Source: the human T2T-CHM13v2.0 reference genome, Homo sapiens. Taken from it: a DNA stretch of 64,000 nt. Under the pieces are notes generated by a model. That model did not search any database, was not told the origin of the DNA, and saw only the letters and a list, made by a program, of their open reading frames with translations. Location of the stretch: the NCBI RefSeq assembly GCF_009914755.1, contig NC_060928.1; one strand, written 5' to 3'. Of the stretch, positions 1 to 15,243 are shown in pieces. Both the position numbers and the translations under genes were made by a program. How positions within the stretch are numbered: position 1 is the stretch's first letter; each line of letters opens with the position of its first letter.

Positions 1-495
1 CTTTGCCTTGTGAGTAAAGGGGAACCTTCTTTCTTGGATTCCATGGCCCTTTTGTTTGTTTCACAGATTTGAGCCTCTGAGTAGATCCATCCTGAGATTA
101 CAGTGAAGGGCAAAGACTTCTGTGGCCCTTGCCTTCGTTGGAATTTACCATGGGTCAAGGAAAAGACAGATTTAAACAAATAACTCTACATATAATTATA
201 GTTGTGATCAATGTTGTGAAGAATTGCGGTGATAAGCAATTCTTATCTCTGAGGTCACCTGTTTCAAGTGACTGTCAGCCGCCGGCCACCAAATGCAAGC
301 GTCTGTTCTCAGCCCTCGTCTTCCTTGGCCATCAGCAGCATTACCCCGGCTCCTTGAGTGACTTTCTTGCCTCGGCTTCCAGGCTGCCCGTTCGCCCACC
401 TTTTCGGTTTCCTTTGCTAGGTCCCTCATCTTCCCCATCCTCTAAATGTTAGAGTGCCTGGAAGGCCCTTCCCTGTCCACTGTCACCCTCTAGGG

Positions 496-682
496 CAAGC
501 TTGTCCAACCCGCCTTAGTTTTTTGTTGTTCTGCTTTGTTGAGGCTTTTAGCAGTCTGAAGCTATGGTTTTTGTTTTCTGTATCTAGAAGCGGAAAAGAG
601 GGATGAGGAAGGGGCTTTACTGGCCCAATCAGAAACAGAAACTAAGAACCCATGACTGTATTCTCTCTCTTGGACACCCCTG
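496..682 (-). mobile_element. MER107-like hAT-Charlie non-autonomous DNA transposon
   Basis: Ends CAAGCTTGTCCAA (496) and TTGGACACCCCTG (682) are the imperfect TIRs of the MER30/MER107 type; interior matches MER107 as I recall it. No clean 8-bp TSD seen. Confidence 0.7.
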
Positions 683-1735
683 GGGCATCTCAGCTGGACT
701 CGAAGCTTCAGCGGTCAGGCTGCCACCCTGTCTCCAGTTGGGACCTACCTCCTGCCCAAAAATGACCATTTAAAAAGTAAAAGTGATGCTTTGTAATTTG
801 AGCAGGTGTCAGAGGCTCAGGGCTGAAAATACGTGGGGATGCTTTACAACAGACTCGGTAACTCTTTCCGACATAACACTGTGTACATAGGCTGTAGGGA
901 TTGACGTCGTTGTTGGAAATGAGGTTGAGCGGAAAGTTAATGTCCTGGTTGGACTCTGAGGGTGCTGCTGATTGTTGGAAAGATAGCCGCAGGGAGGATA
1001 GGCTTGTAGGTTTCAGTGTCCTGGATGAAACCCTGTCATGTGAGCACCGATGAGTACATGGCCTGTTGTGTTAGCATTTGTATAGCCTGGAATGTCTTGG
1101 GCGGCCTTCTGGAATTTCAAGTCAGCTCTTAGATTTTAAAGCAAGAATCCCAGAAGAAGGCAGATCCAGGACAGTGACATTTTCTCTCCTCACCTCTGAG
1201 GAGTCTGGGGTACTCCAAAAGTCTCAAAACATTGTAGATTGCAGCAAGGATAGGTCTTGGTGGTCAGTGGAAGTAATTGGCTGCTGGCCTACAGGCAAAT
1301 TCTAAAATAACAAGAAAAAACTTCACTTTCATTATCCCTTACGCCTTTGCAAAATGGGTTTGAAAGAGCTTACAGAAGTGAACAGGTCCCGGTCCCAGGT
1401 TAGACGGAATAAGCACATTCCACCCGGTGTCACCCAATGAATGCAGATATAAAACCTGAACAGAAAGCATGGAGCAGCTATTTGAGATTCTGGAAAGTAA
1501 ACAGTGGCAGGTGAGTTGGGGAAGAAGACCAGAATTTGAAGTACCACTGGATTGGTACTGAGTTTACCAATTTTTTTTTCCCTTCCAATATTTCTCAGCC
1601 TGAACTCAGGCAGACCCAAACCCAGGAATAGGTCTTAATGTGGACAGAGAGCACCAGGAGAAGCTCTGTACTTCTGACTTGGCGAATGGGTCTCTAACAC
1701 TTAGAATGAAGAAACCCCATTTTTTAGTTTTATTT

Positions 1736-2066
1736 ATTTATTTATATTTATATTTTATTTTGAGACAGAGTCTCACTCTGTCACCCAGGCTGAAGTGCAG
1801 TGGCGCAATCTTGGCTTACTGCAACCTCCACCTCCTGGGTTCAAGTGATTCTCCTGCCTCAGCCTCCTGAGTAGCTGGGACTACAGGCGTGCACCACCAC
1901 CCCCGGCTCATTTTTATATTTTTAGTAGAAATGGGGTTTCATCATGTTGGCCAGGCTGGTCTCGAACTCCTGACCTCAGGTGATCCACCTGCCTTGGCCT
2001 CCCAGAGTGCTGGGATTACAGACATGAGCCGCTGGGATTACAGACATGAGCCGCTGCGCCCAGGCC
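1736..2066 (-). mobile_element. Alu (AluS-like) with a 22-bp internal tandem duplication at 2009-2052
   Basis: Antisense Alu consensus with (TTTA)n tail; GCTGGGATTACAGACATGAGCC present twice in tandem. Confidence 0.9.
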
Positions 2067-2775
2067 TAGTTTTATTTTTTACTCTGTCCTCTTGCACCCC
2101 AGCCCTCAGGCATTCTTATGAGAGCAGCAGCTGATGGGAGCCTGAGACTCCCAGAAAAGGGGAGCTGATTAGAAGAATTTTGTTTCCAAGGGGTAAAGTG
2201 TGAACCCCCCGATGCTTTATTCTCTCTCTCTCCCCATTACCTGGCCCAGATATGGATGCAGTTGTGGGAAGCGTGTGGCTAGAGAACCAGAAAAGGGGAG
2301 ACCCAGGAAACTAGAAAGTACTGGGGGGATTGCAGAGAGGAGGAGCTCAGGAAGGTAACCCTTTAAGGTGTTAATGAACTCCCAGACTTCTCGTCATGTT
2401 GTGGGTACCCAGATCTGACGCTGAGTAGCTTACGTAGACTTGGAGAACTCATCTCTGGGATAGACCACCATGCAGTTCCCTAACTGGCCACTGGATGGTG
2501 CACAGGCAGGATGGATCCAAAAAGCGCTTCAAAGGCTTTGAAAACAGCTGACTTGGGAACCACAACTCACAGAAGGCTGGCTGGAACTTGTGTGTGGAAT
2601 CTAACTGCATAAATTGCTTACTAAGATAAAAACGTCAACATTCTCCCAAGGGTTGAGAGAAAATTCAGAGTTTCTTAACACAATATTGAAAATGTCTAGA
2701 ATGCAGTTCAAAATTAATTGGCTTAAGAACTAGAATCATCTTTAAAAAAAAAAAATTTCCTCTGAATCAGAATAG

Positions 2776-3432
<657 letters not shown>

Positions 3433-3711
3433 GATCATCTTTTAATAATCAAGACACCACTGCCGAGATAACACAGATGTTGGAATTATTCAATAGACTT
3501 TAAAGCAGTCATTATAAAAATGCTCCAACAAGTAAGGGTGCACACTTCTGAGATGGGAAAATAGAAAGTATCAGTAAAGGAAAAGAAACTATAAAAAGAA
3601 TTAAGTGGAAATTTTGTAACTGAAAAATACACTAACTGAAATAAACTAACCAGACAGGCTCAATAGCAGAATGGAGATGGTAGAGGAAAGAGTGAAGGAA
3701 TTTTAAGATCA

Positions 3712-4086
<375 letters not shown>

Positions 4087-4946
4087 TTAGGAACATGTGG
4101 GGCAGTACTAAAAAGTATAACACTGTCACTGGAGTGTCAGAAGGAGAGGAGAAACAATATGATGCAGACAACTATTGGAGTAAATGATGGCTGAATATCT
4201 CCCACATTTAGCAAAAGATAGAAACCTATAGATTCAGGAAATTCAGTGGCCGCCAAACAAAATAAACTCTAAAAAGTAAGAAGTCCATGTCCAGATACAT
4301 CATAACCAAATTGCTGAAAATAAAGACAAAAAAATCATATAAGCAACCAGAGAAGAACAATGTCATACTTATTGGGGAATAACAATTTGACTGAATTTCT
4401 CATCAGAAACCGTGGAGGCCAGAAAAAGTAAAACGATATTGTTAGAGCGCCGAAAAGAACTGTCAACCCAAATTCTGTATCCAGCAAAAATGCCCTTCAG
4501 GAATGAAAGTGAAATAAAGATATTCTCAGGTGATGAAAAACGAAGAATTTGTTGCCAGCAGCAGACTTGCTGAAAGAAGTTGTTCAGATAGAAGGGCCTG
4601 TATGCTAGGAGGAGACTTGGAACATCAGGAAAGAAGGGGAGCAGAAATTGTCAGGATCTGGATAAATACAGTAGACTATTTTCCTTTTGTTTTAACTGAA
4701 AGCAAGTAGATGTTGCCTTTAAATATACAATAACAATGTGCTATAACACGATTAGAGTAGAAAGAGCAATAAACAATTTGCCGTATAATTATAATGCAAA
4801 GTTGGTGACTTAAAACACCATAAATATAAAGACATTCACAAAACCACAGTTGAATATACATAACTCTCATTTCCTGGGAAACACAATTTTAAATAAATAG
4901 TTGAGTTCCCCAATGGACTATCAATCCCGGAGAAGAAAATCAGGGC

Positions 4947-6652
4947 GCTCCCTCCTCTCCCTCTCCCTCCTCTCCCTCTCCCTCCTCTCCCTCTCCCTCC
5001 TCTCCCTCTCCCTCCTCTCCCTCTCCCTCTCCCTCTCCCTCTCCCCACGGTCTCCCTCTCCCCACGGTCTCCCTCTCCCCACGGTCTCCCTCTCCCCACG
5101 GTCTCCCTCTCCCTCTCTTTCCACGGTCTCCCTCTGATGCCGAGCCAAAGCTGGACTGTACTGCTGCCATCTCGGCTCACTGCAACCTCCCTGCCTGATT
5201 CTCCTGCCTCAGCCTGCCGAGTGCCTGCGATTGCAGGTGCGCGCCGCCACGCCTGACTGGTTTTCGTATTTTTTTGGTGGAGACGGGGTTTCGCTGTGTT
5301 GGCCGGGCTGGTCTCCAGCTCCTAACCGCGAGTGATCCGCCAGCCTCGGCCTCCCGAGGTGCCGGGATGGCAGACGGAGTCGCGTTCACTCAGTGCTCAA
5401 TGGTGCCCAGGCTGGAGTGCAGTGGCGTGATCTCGGCTCGCTACAACCTCCACCTCCCAGCTGCCTGCCTTGGCCCCGCAAAGTGCCGAGATTGCAGCCT
5501 CTGCCCGGCCGCCACCCCGTCTGGGAAGTGAGGAGCGTCTCTGCCTGGCCGCCCATCGTCTGGGATGTGAGGAGCCTCTCTGCCTGGCTACCCAGTCTGG
5601 AAAGTGAGGAGCGTCTCTGCCCGGCCGCCATCCCATCTAGGAAGTGAGGAGCGTCTCTGCCAGGCCGCCATCCCATCTAGGAAGTGAGGAGCGTCTCTGC
5701 CAGGCCGCCATCCCATCTAGGAAGTGAGGAGCGTCTCTGCCCGGCCGCCCATCGTCTGAGATGTGGGGAGCGCCTCTGCCCTGCCGCCCCGTCTGGGATG
5801 TGAGGAGCGTCTCTGCCCGGCCGCCCCGTCTGAGAAGTGAGGAGACCCTCTGCCCGGCAACCGCCCCGTCTGAGAAGTGAGGAGCCCCTCCGCCCGGCAG
5901 CCACTCCGTCTGGGACGTGAGGAGCGACTCCGCCCGGCAGCCACCCCGTCTGGGAGGGAGGTGGGGGTCAGCCCCCCGCCTGGCCAGCCGCCCCATCCGG
6001 GAGGGAGGTGGGGGGGTCAGCCCCCCGCCCGGCTAGCCGCCCCGTCCGGGAGGTGAGGGGCGCCTCTGCCCGGCCGCCCCTACTGGGAAGTGAGGAGCCC
6101 CTCTGCCCGGCCACCACCCCGTCTGGGAGGTGTACTCAACAGCTCATCGAGAACGGGCCATGATGACAATGGCGGTTTTGTGGAATAGAAAGGGGGGAAA
6201 GGTGGGGAAAAGATTGAGAAATCGGATGGTTGCCATGTCTGTGTAGAAAGAGGTAGACATGGGAGACTTCTCATTTTGTTCTGTACTAAGGAAAATTCTT
6301 CTGCCTTGGGATCCTGTTGATCTGTGACCTTACCCCCAACCCTGTGCTCTCTGAAACATGTGCTGTGTCCACTCAGGGTTGAATGGATTAAGGGCGGTGC
6401 AAGATGTGCTTTGTTAAACAGATGCTTGAAGGCAGCATGCTCGTTAAGAGTCATCACCACTCCCTAATCTCAAGTACCCAGGGACACAAACACTGCGGAA
6501 GGCCGCAGGGTCCTCTGCATAGGAAAACCAGAGACCTTTGTTCACTTGTTTATCTGCTGACCTTCCCTCCACTATTGTCCTGTGATCCTGCCAAATCCCC
6601 CTCTGCGAGAAACACCCAAGAATGATCAATTAAAAAAAAAAAAAAAAAAGAA
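4947..6652 (+). mobile_element. Full-length SVA retrotransposon (probably SVA_D-like)
   Basis: (CCCTCT)n head at ~4948-5110, antisense Alu-like domain, GC-rich VNTR at ~5500-6130, SINE-R ending GAGAAACACCCAAGAATGATCAATTAAA plus poly(A). 14-bp TSD AAGAAAATCAGGGC at 4933-4946 and 6653-6666. Confidence 0.97.
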
Positions 6653-7234
6653 AAGAAAATCAGGGCACATAATAAATTATCATGAAAAGAATCTAGAAAA
6701 TGAAATGACGTGTGCATGGGGTTCTTATTCCTATTGAGATTGATTTGGGGAACGTTTTCAAATCAGACTGTTTTCTTAATGAGTTATTTAAAAATATGTT
6801 TGAAAGCAAAAATGATAATGTCTGGCGTTTGCAGTGTATGTAGATGTTAATATGTAGGACAAGTGAAATACAAAAGGGGACAAGGTGTGGTGATGAAGTT
6901 TCTGCATTCCACTTGAAGTAGTAAAATACTGATTCTAAGTAGATTGTGAAAAGTTAATATGTATATTGTAATCCTTAGACCAACCACTAAACTATACAAA
7001 GAGATGGCAAAAAACATAATAGAGAAATCAAAATGGAGTTCTAAAAAAAGTTCAAAAAGCTTGAATCAAGACAGGAAAGAAGACATGGAGGAAGAAAAAA
7101 AGAGAAAACAAATGAGATGGTAGACCTAAATTCAAACATATCAACAACTACATTAAATGTAAATGATCTGAACACAGCAGTTGTGTGTCTCAATACTCAG
7201 TTCTGACAGATTGTCAGAATGGGTTAAAAAAATG

Positions 7235-7520
7235 GGCTGGGTGTGTTGGCTTGCACCTGTAATCCCAGCACTTTGGGAGGCCGAGGCAGACGATTACTTG
7301 AAGCCAGGAGTTCCAGACCAGCCTGATAAGCATAGTGAGACCCTGTCTCTATTGAAAAAATTTACTTGGGCATGGTGATACACACCTGTAGTCCTAGCTG
7401 GTCAAGAGACTGAGGCAGGAGGATCGCTTGAGCCCAGGAGTTTGAGGTTACAGTGAACTGATTTTACCCCTGCATGCTAGCCTGAGTGACAGAGTGAGAC
7501 CCTATCTCAAAAAAAACACA
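7235..7520 (+). mobile_element. Alu (AluJ-like)
   Basis: Diverged Alu consensus with J-type GGATCGCTTGAGCCCAGGAG. Confidence 0.85.
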
Positions 7521-8590
7521 AAACCATAGACCCAACTATGTATATGTTGTCTGCAAGAAACTCACTTCAAATATAGAATATGTAGATTAAAATAAAAAGA
7601 TAGAAAAAGATATACCATGAAAATACTAATCAAAATTAAGATAAGTCTATTAATATAATAAAAATTAAGATAGGTCTATTAATATTATAAAAAGTAGACT
7701 TCAGAACAAAATTACCAGAGATAAAGTGGGACATTACCTAATGAAGACATAATGATTCTAAATGTATTTGCACTTCATAACAGAGCTGCAAAATACATGA
7801 AGCAAAGTCTATTAGATCTGAAACAAATGGACACGTCCACATTTATAATGGGAGTGTCAACAGTCCTCACTAAACAGTAAGTGATAGAACTGTAGACAGA
7901 ATCAGCCAGGACATAGAAATGAACACCATCAACCAACCTGATCTAATTCACAATTTATAGAACACAGCACCCTCCAGCAAAAGCAGAATACAGTTTTTTC
8001 AAATGTACATGGAACATTCACCAAGACAGACCATATTCTGGGATATAAGAGAAGCTTAAAAATTTCAAAAGGATTAAAATTATACAAAATATGTTCTGAC
8101 CAGAGTGATATTAGACTAGAAAACAGTGACAGAAAAATAATTGCCTCCCCAAACTTGCACATTAAACAAGTAGCATACTTCTAAATCATGGGCCCATGAG
8201 GAAGTCACAAGGAAAATTAGAAAATATTTTGAAGCGAACGAGAACACAACATACCAAAATTTGTAGGTTGCAGTGCTTAGAGGGAAACGTATAGCATTAA
8301 AATGCTCACATAGAAAAGAAAAAAGGTCTCAGATCAGTAATCAAAGTTTCTACCTGAAGAAAGTATAAACAGAGCAAATAAACCCAAAGCAAGCAAAAGG
8401 AAGCAAGTAATAAGTGTGAGAACAGATATCCGTACAATTAAAAACAAAAATGATAGACCGAAAGCTGGGGCTTTGAAATGATCAACAAAATTGATTAAAC
8501 TCTAGCAAAACTGACAAAAAGAGAATAAAATTAGCAAAAGGAATGAAAAAAGGGGATACCACTACAGACTCCACAAAAATAAGACAATAG

Positions 8591-9214
<624 letters not shown>

Positions 9215-10796
9215 CATAAATTTGATAACTTAGATGAAACCGTCCATTTCCTTGAAAATTGCAAATCACCAAAATTCATCCAAGATGAAATAGATAACCT
9301 GAATCATCCTGGAATTTATTAAAGAAGGACTAGATGGTTTCACTGATGAATCCTACTGAACATTTAAAGAAAACACCAATTTGAGAAGAAGACGGAGTAC
9401 GTACTTCCTCACTCATTTTAAAGGCCAATCTTACCCTGCTATCAAAACCAGATGAATACAGTACCAAAAAAACTACAGGCAAATATCCCTTTTGAAGACA
9501 CACAAAAAATTCTCAACACAGTATTAACAAATTGAATCCCATAATACATTAAAAAGTTACAACCATGACAAAGTGACGTTTAGCCCAGGAACACAAGGCT
9601 GGGTCAGTGTTTGAAAATCGATCAGTGTCAGCTACCATACTACCAATTTAAAGAAAACCACACGATCCTATCAGTTGGTGCAGCAAAAGCATTTGATAGA
9701 ATTCAGTGTCCATTCCTCACAAAAACTCTCAGCAAAGAAGAAATGGAAGAGAACTTCCCCCACCTGATAAAGAGCATCTACAGGAAACAGCTACAGCTAA
9801 CATGCTTAATGGAGAAAGACTGAAGGCCTTCCCCTAACATTGAAAACAAGACAAGGATGTCCGCTCTTACTATTCCTGTTCAACATTGTATCGGAAGTCC
9901 TAGCTGGTACCTTGCTTGTGGTAATGCACAATGGTACAGCCATTCTGGAAAACCAGTTGGGAGGTTTCTTTAGGTGAAACATATACTTAGAATTAGCCCA
10001 GCAATCCCACTCTTAGGTGTTTGCCATCGAGAAATGAAAACTTATGTTTGCACAAAAATCTGTACATGTTTATAGCAGCTCTTTTCATAATCTTCAAGAA
10101 ATGGAAACAACCCAAATGCCTTTCAATGAATGGATGAATGGTGGTACATTCCATACAACGAAATATGACTCCGTAATAAACACACCTAATACCTTGGGTG
10201 AACCTCGGGCATTATCTGAAGGTAAAAGTCAGTCTCGAAAGTTTGCGTGCTGTGATTTCATTTGTATCACATACTTGAAAAGACAAAGTTGTAGTGATGG
10301 AGAACAGATTCACAGTGCCAGGGGTGGGGTAGGGTGTGACTACCGAGGGCTAACACAAAGGAGGTTTTGAGAGTGATCCAACTGTTTTATATCTTGATTG
10401 TCATAATGGTGGCTACAAGGCAACATTTTAGAAGTCATAGGACTATATACACTAAAAAGCTAACTGTATGTTAATTCAAAAAATTAACATGAATTAATGG
10501 ATCATTTAGGGTTCTTTTGACCCAGCATTTCCACTTCTGTTAATTTCTCCTACAGATGAATACGCATATAGGTGAAATGACAGTTGTATAAGGGTATTGA
10601 TCGCAGCACAAGTGATTGGAAGCTATCTAAATGTTTGGCAGGGAATTGGTGAAATCCTAAATGAAATACTGCACCGACCTCACAAAGCAAGATGGATCAC
10701 TATTTGTATAGTGTGGTCTATGTGGCTAAAGATACACACACATCCTCATAAATGCAGAGACCATATTTGGAAGGGTACTTACAAAATAGCTATTAG

Positions 10797-11240
<444 letters not shown>

Positions 11241-13769
11241 TGAAACCAGACGTAAGTGGATGCCCCAAGATACAACTCACAGAATCTCATGTAACTCCTA
11301 GAGGTGTGCTACAAATTTTACATTGAGCTTTCTAGTGGCCAGAGCAGAGGGAAACATTATACAGCTGGTGACCGAGTTGAAAGCTGAACCTACTCTGGAA
11401 GTTTTGGCTTGTCAAGGTGGTAGAGGTCATGTTTGTATGGGACTGGGATCGTTTGGTGGAGAACAGGTCTATCAGGAGATTATCCCATAAAATGTCTAAT
11501 CCCCATTTGTCCCCATTAATGTTGGGGTTTAGAGAAGCAGCAGGTTAATTACATATCATACTTCCACATGATGCCAAGAACTAGAAAGAAGGAAGTGATC
11601 TGAAGTTTCTACAGGGGAAATGGCAGCATGGTTGTTTAATTTGCACTTTCCTTTTTAGTCTTCTATTATCCTGGTAACAGCTTATTTATTCTGAGAAGTA
11701 TAAATTCTTCATCCCCAATGCCTTTTAACAATAAAGACTGAAATTCCTATTTAATGCTTAATGCTTCCTAAGTTTTGCTTATTTTTCCTAATGTGGAAGT
11801 GATAAGTTTCCGTTAGTTGGAGAGGGTAGTGTTGAGAGCACAGTTTCTTTGGTGCAAACACTGTGGATCTTGTGTTCAGTCTTACTGCTGCGTCTCGCCA
11901 GAAGGAATAGGAATTCAGGAACAGGAAACACATTTGTTCTTTTACAGGTCTTTACTGGGGCCTTTCACAGTACTGGGGTGAGAGGGGTCTCAGGCCTGTG
12001 AACATGGGGTTGGGGTGGGTTGGGAAGACTCTGGCTTTGGGATTAGAAAGCCGGAATGTGTACCTTGGTTCTGTCATTTACAGTCAGTCGTGTGGACTTA
12101 AGCCCATGTCTTTGTCTCTCTGAGCCTCAGTATCCTCTGCAGAGGTAGTGCTCACATTGCCTATGCTCGTGAGGGTGAAGTACAATGCAGCATGGGGTCG
12201 TGGAGCAGTGGCTGGCATCCTGGCATCCCATGGGAGCTTCGGCACGGTCAGGACTCCTCATTGTGGTCTCCTGTCACAGCTAGACCTTCAGTCTTGTGTG
12301 CATAGAAAAAAGCCAGCAACAGACCCAAAAAACAACCTTGCTGCAGTAATAATTCGGTGTGGTTTGGAAATAGTTGGTGAAATCGATTTTTGATGCCATC
12401 TGAATTAGCTTAAAAATTATTTTTCACATTTTAAATACAATTTATGAAAAAATACTTATCAAATACTCAAATGATAGATGCAAGACAGGAAAATCCTTTC
12501 CCTCCTGAGACTTCACAGCCCCCGTTACAGGAGTCTCTGATGGTTTCATGTCTGCCCTCCCAGGCCTTTCTCTGAGACAAATTATGTATGTGTAAATTTC
12601 GTCCACACAATTGCATAGACATGATGTAATTGCAGACTGAGTTCTTTGAGCACCTTCTCTCTGGTATGCTTAGGAATCTTGTTAAACACATAACTTGAAG
12701 CTGTAGTAGCCTGTGATTGTAAGGAGGGGACTGTCTGTGTTCTAAGTCTGGTTTCTGGCTGACCTTGGACTCGGCAGTGGTGTCTGCAGGCGGGTGGCCC
12801 GTTGTGTACGATTGTGAACGCCGAAGAGATGGTGCAGCTCAATTGATGCCGCTTCCCAGAAAGACCGAGAGAAAAGCCCCTGGGAGCTTTTGAATGCTTT
12901 TGCCCTCGCCTGGGCAATTTAATGTGTTAATGTGCCCCACTTAGATGGAGCGGCTGTTGACATTTTGCCATATTTACTTTATTGTGCCTCTATTTTTTAA
13001 AAAATTGAACCATTTGCAGTATTATGACATCTTACTGCTAAATACTTCAGCACACAGCTCTTAAGAGTAAAGACATTCTCCTACATAACCATGACTGTTA
13101 CCACACCCAGGAGAATGATGGGGAATTCCATAGTAGCATCTGATACCCAGAGCATGTTCTAATTTCCTCAGTTGTATCAAGCTGTTCTTTTTGAACCAGG
13201 ATCCAGTCAGGTTTGTGTATTGCCTTAATTATATGTCCCTTTATTCTTTTCATATAAAACACTCCTTTTTCTCACGACTTTTACCTTTTTTAAAATTAAA
13301 ATGATCAAGGTCAAAGATTTATTTTACGCCTTGAGGAGACCAGTAAGAGATAAAACTTATGCCAAGAGCATTTGAGGAATTAGGGGTGTGTGTGTGTTTG
13401 TACACACATATATGCGTAAAACCCAAAAAGAACTAGAGTAAGATGGCTAGGTTAGATTTCAATGAACAAACAAACTGGTGACAATAAAACATAATCTTTG
13501 GGGTTATCTTTTCTTTTGGACATTATCTACAAGTTAATATGTAACTTTACAGTATCTGGGCTTGAATGGAGTAACAAATAGCACAGGGACAGTGTCCTAG
13601 ATAATTAAATAATCTTTAGGCAGCCATGCTAAAAGTGCCCAGGAATTAATTGAAAGAATAACCCCTACTCCTGCTTTTGCCTTATTTTCAAATTTTGGAT
13701 AATTGTCTTAACAAGGCGTTCGCTAATCCTTTCAGCCAGAATCAGCCTCTTTCCCTTTTATCCTATTTT

Positions 13770-14370
13770 TAAAAATGGCTTGAGGTATAAATAATATACC
13801 ATGAGATCCACTCATTGTAAGTGTTCCACGATTTTAATAAATGTATACAGTTATGCAACTATCATTGCAATCTAGTTTCAAAATATGTTCGACATCCAAA
13901 GTTTTATTTTTCATCACCCAAAAAAGTTCCTTCGTGCCTGTTTGCAGTTGATCCCACTCTCACCCCCAGGCAAACATGAATTTGCTTCCTCTCTAGAGAT
14001 TTACCTTTTTAAGAAGTGTCACATAAATGGAATAATGGAATTTTCTTGTCTGGCATCTTTCACCTGGCCTAGCGTTTTTGAGGTTCATCCATGTAGGCCC
14101 ATGTCTCAGCAGTTTCTTTTCATGGCCATTTCCCTGCTGCTCATGCATCCGCGGTTGGTGGACGTTCTGGTTGGCGTGGACAATGCTGTTAGGAATGTTT
14201 GCATGCAAGTCTCTCTGGTCGTATTTCTCTTGGGTGGGTTCCAGGGAGTATGGTAGGGGATGCTGAATTATAGAAGAAGCTGCACCATTTTACACTCCTA
14301 CCAAGGATTTAGGAGAATTCCAGCTTCTCTACGTCTTTGCTATCACTTGCCATTGTCCTTTTTATTTTAT
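13770..14370 (-). mobile_element. Old L1M 3'-end fragment
   Basis: Typical antisense L1M 3' sequence (TTGAGGTATAA..., TTTTTGAGGTTCATCCATGT, CTGCACCATTTTACACTCCTACCA). Confidence 0.65.
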
Positions 14371-15200
14371 CCTGGCGGCCGTCACAGGCTTCCTCTGATG
14401 GAGACCTGTCTGCCGGCGATTTGGTAGTTCTGAATCCCAGGAGATCTGCGGGGGGAGCCTTGGGCTAGGCCCCGTCACGGGAGAGCCTCGTGTTGTCGCA
14501 GACCGGACTTGCTCAGCCCTGGGACCTGGGGCCCGCGGCTGACCAGAAGTAATTTTGACCCGACGTAGTCCTTATGGTGTAGGGTCGAAGTTTAAAGACT
14601 GTTTTTAAAAACCTGAGGTCTCATCGACAGCGTACCGCGCCATCTGAAGGGCGCTGTCCCGCCAGCTTCCGTCTCCCTCCCGGCAGCCCCGGGGCGCCTG
14701 TTCGGCTTCTCTGAGTGTTTTGTGTGCTCCCTGACGTTTTAAACCCACCTGTTAATACTTTGTGAAAAACAGGAGCCACGGTAGCCCGTAAAAACTGCTC
14801 ACAATCACCCCGCCACCCAGAGCTCACTAGTGCGACTATTTTTGTGCAATTTCTTTTGGCAACACGTTTCTCAGCTCTCGGGTGATCTTTAAGGCAGAAG
14901 CTGGCTCTCCGCCTGTCGGCGCGCGTCCCCGGTGTTTACGGCCGGTGGGGCCGTACCACGGGGACGCCCCAGCCCCGCCCCTTGTGCCCGCCCCTCGCCG
15001 CTCATCAGCCCCGCCCCCTTGGGAGTCTCCAGCCAGGCCTGACGCGCCGAGCCGGCAGCGCGGATCGCCTCGCTGTGTCTGCGCGCGATTGAGCGGCCTG
15101 CCGCCCCGCCCCGCCCCGCGAGTCTGAGGAGCCGCCGCGTCCGCCCGCCCGCCCGCGGTCCGGGAGGGAGGGAGGGAGGCCGGCCCTCCGCTCGCTGGGC

Positions 15201-15227
15201 ATGGAGCCTCCGGCCGCGCGCCTCTAA
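15201..15227 (+). other. uORF MEPPAARL* in the alternative first exon
   Basis: GGGC-ATG-G strong Kozak context; TAA at 15225-15227, 13 nt before the main ATG. Confidence 0.6.
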
Positions 15228-15240
15228 GGCCCCGGCGTTC

Positions 15241-15243
15241 ATG
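15241..15243 (+). CDS. TBC1D14: TBC1D14 short-isoform start codon (only coding bases of the alternative first exon)
   Basis: ATG directly followed by GTGAGT. Phase-0 splice to 22078 gives M-EYEDKAG...; summed exons are 1242 nt = 413 aa + stop. Confidence 0.8.

Noticed and set aside
4836-6629. RG-, ER- and GE-repeat ORFs and other ORFs across the SVA
   Set aside because: Translations of the non-coding SVA hexamer, VNTR and SINE-R.
7631-7692. 29-bp tandem duplication in the L1, and a short GGTGACAGTGGGGGG duplication near 39212-39242
   Set aside because: Ordinary slippage duplications with no sign of function.
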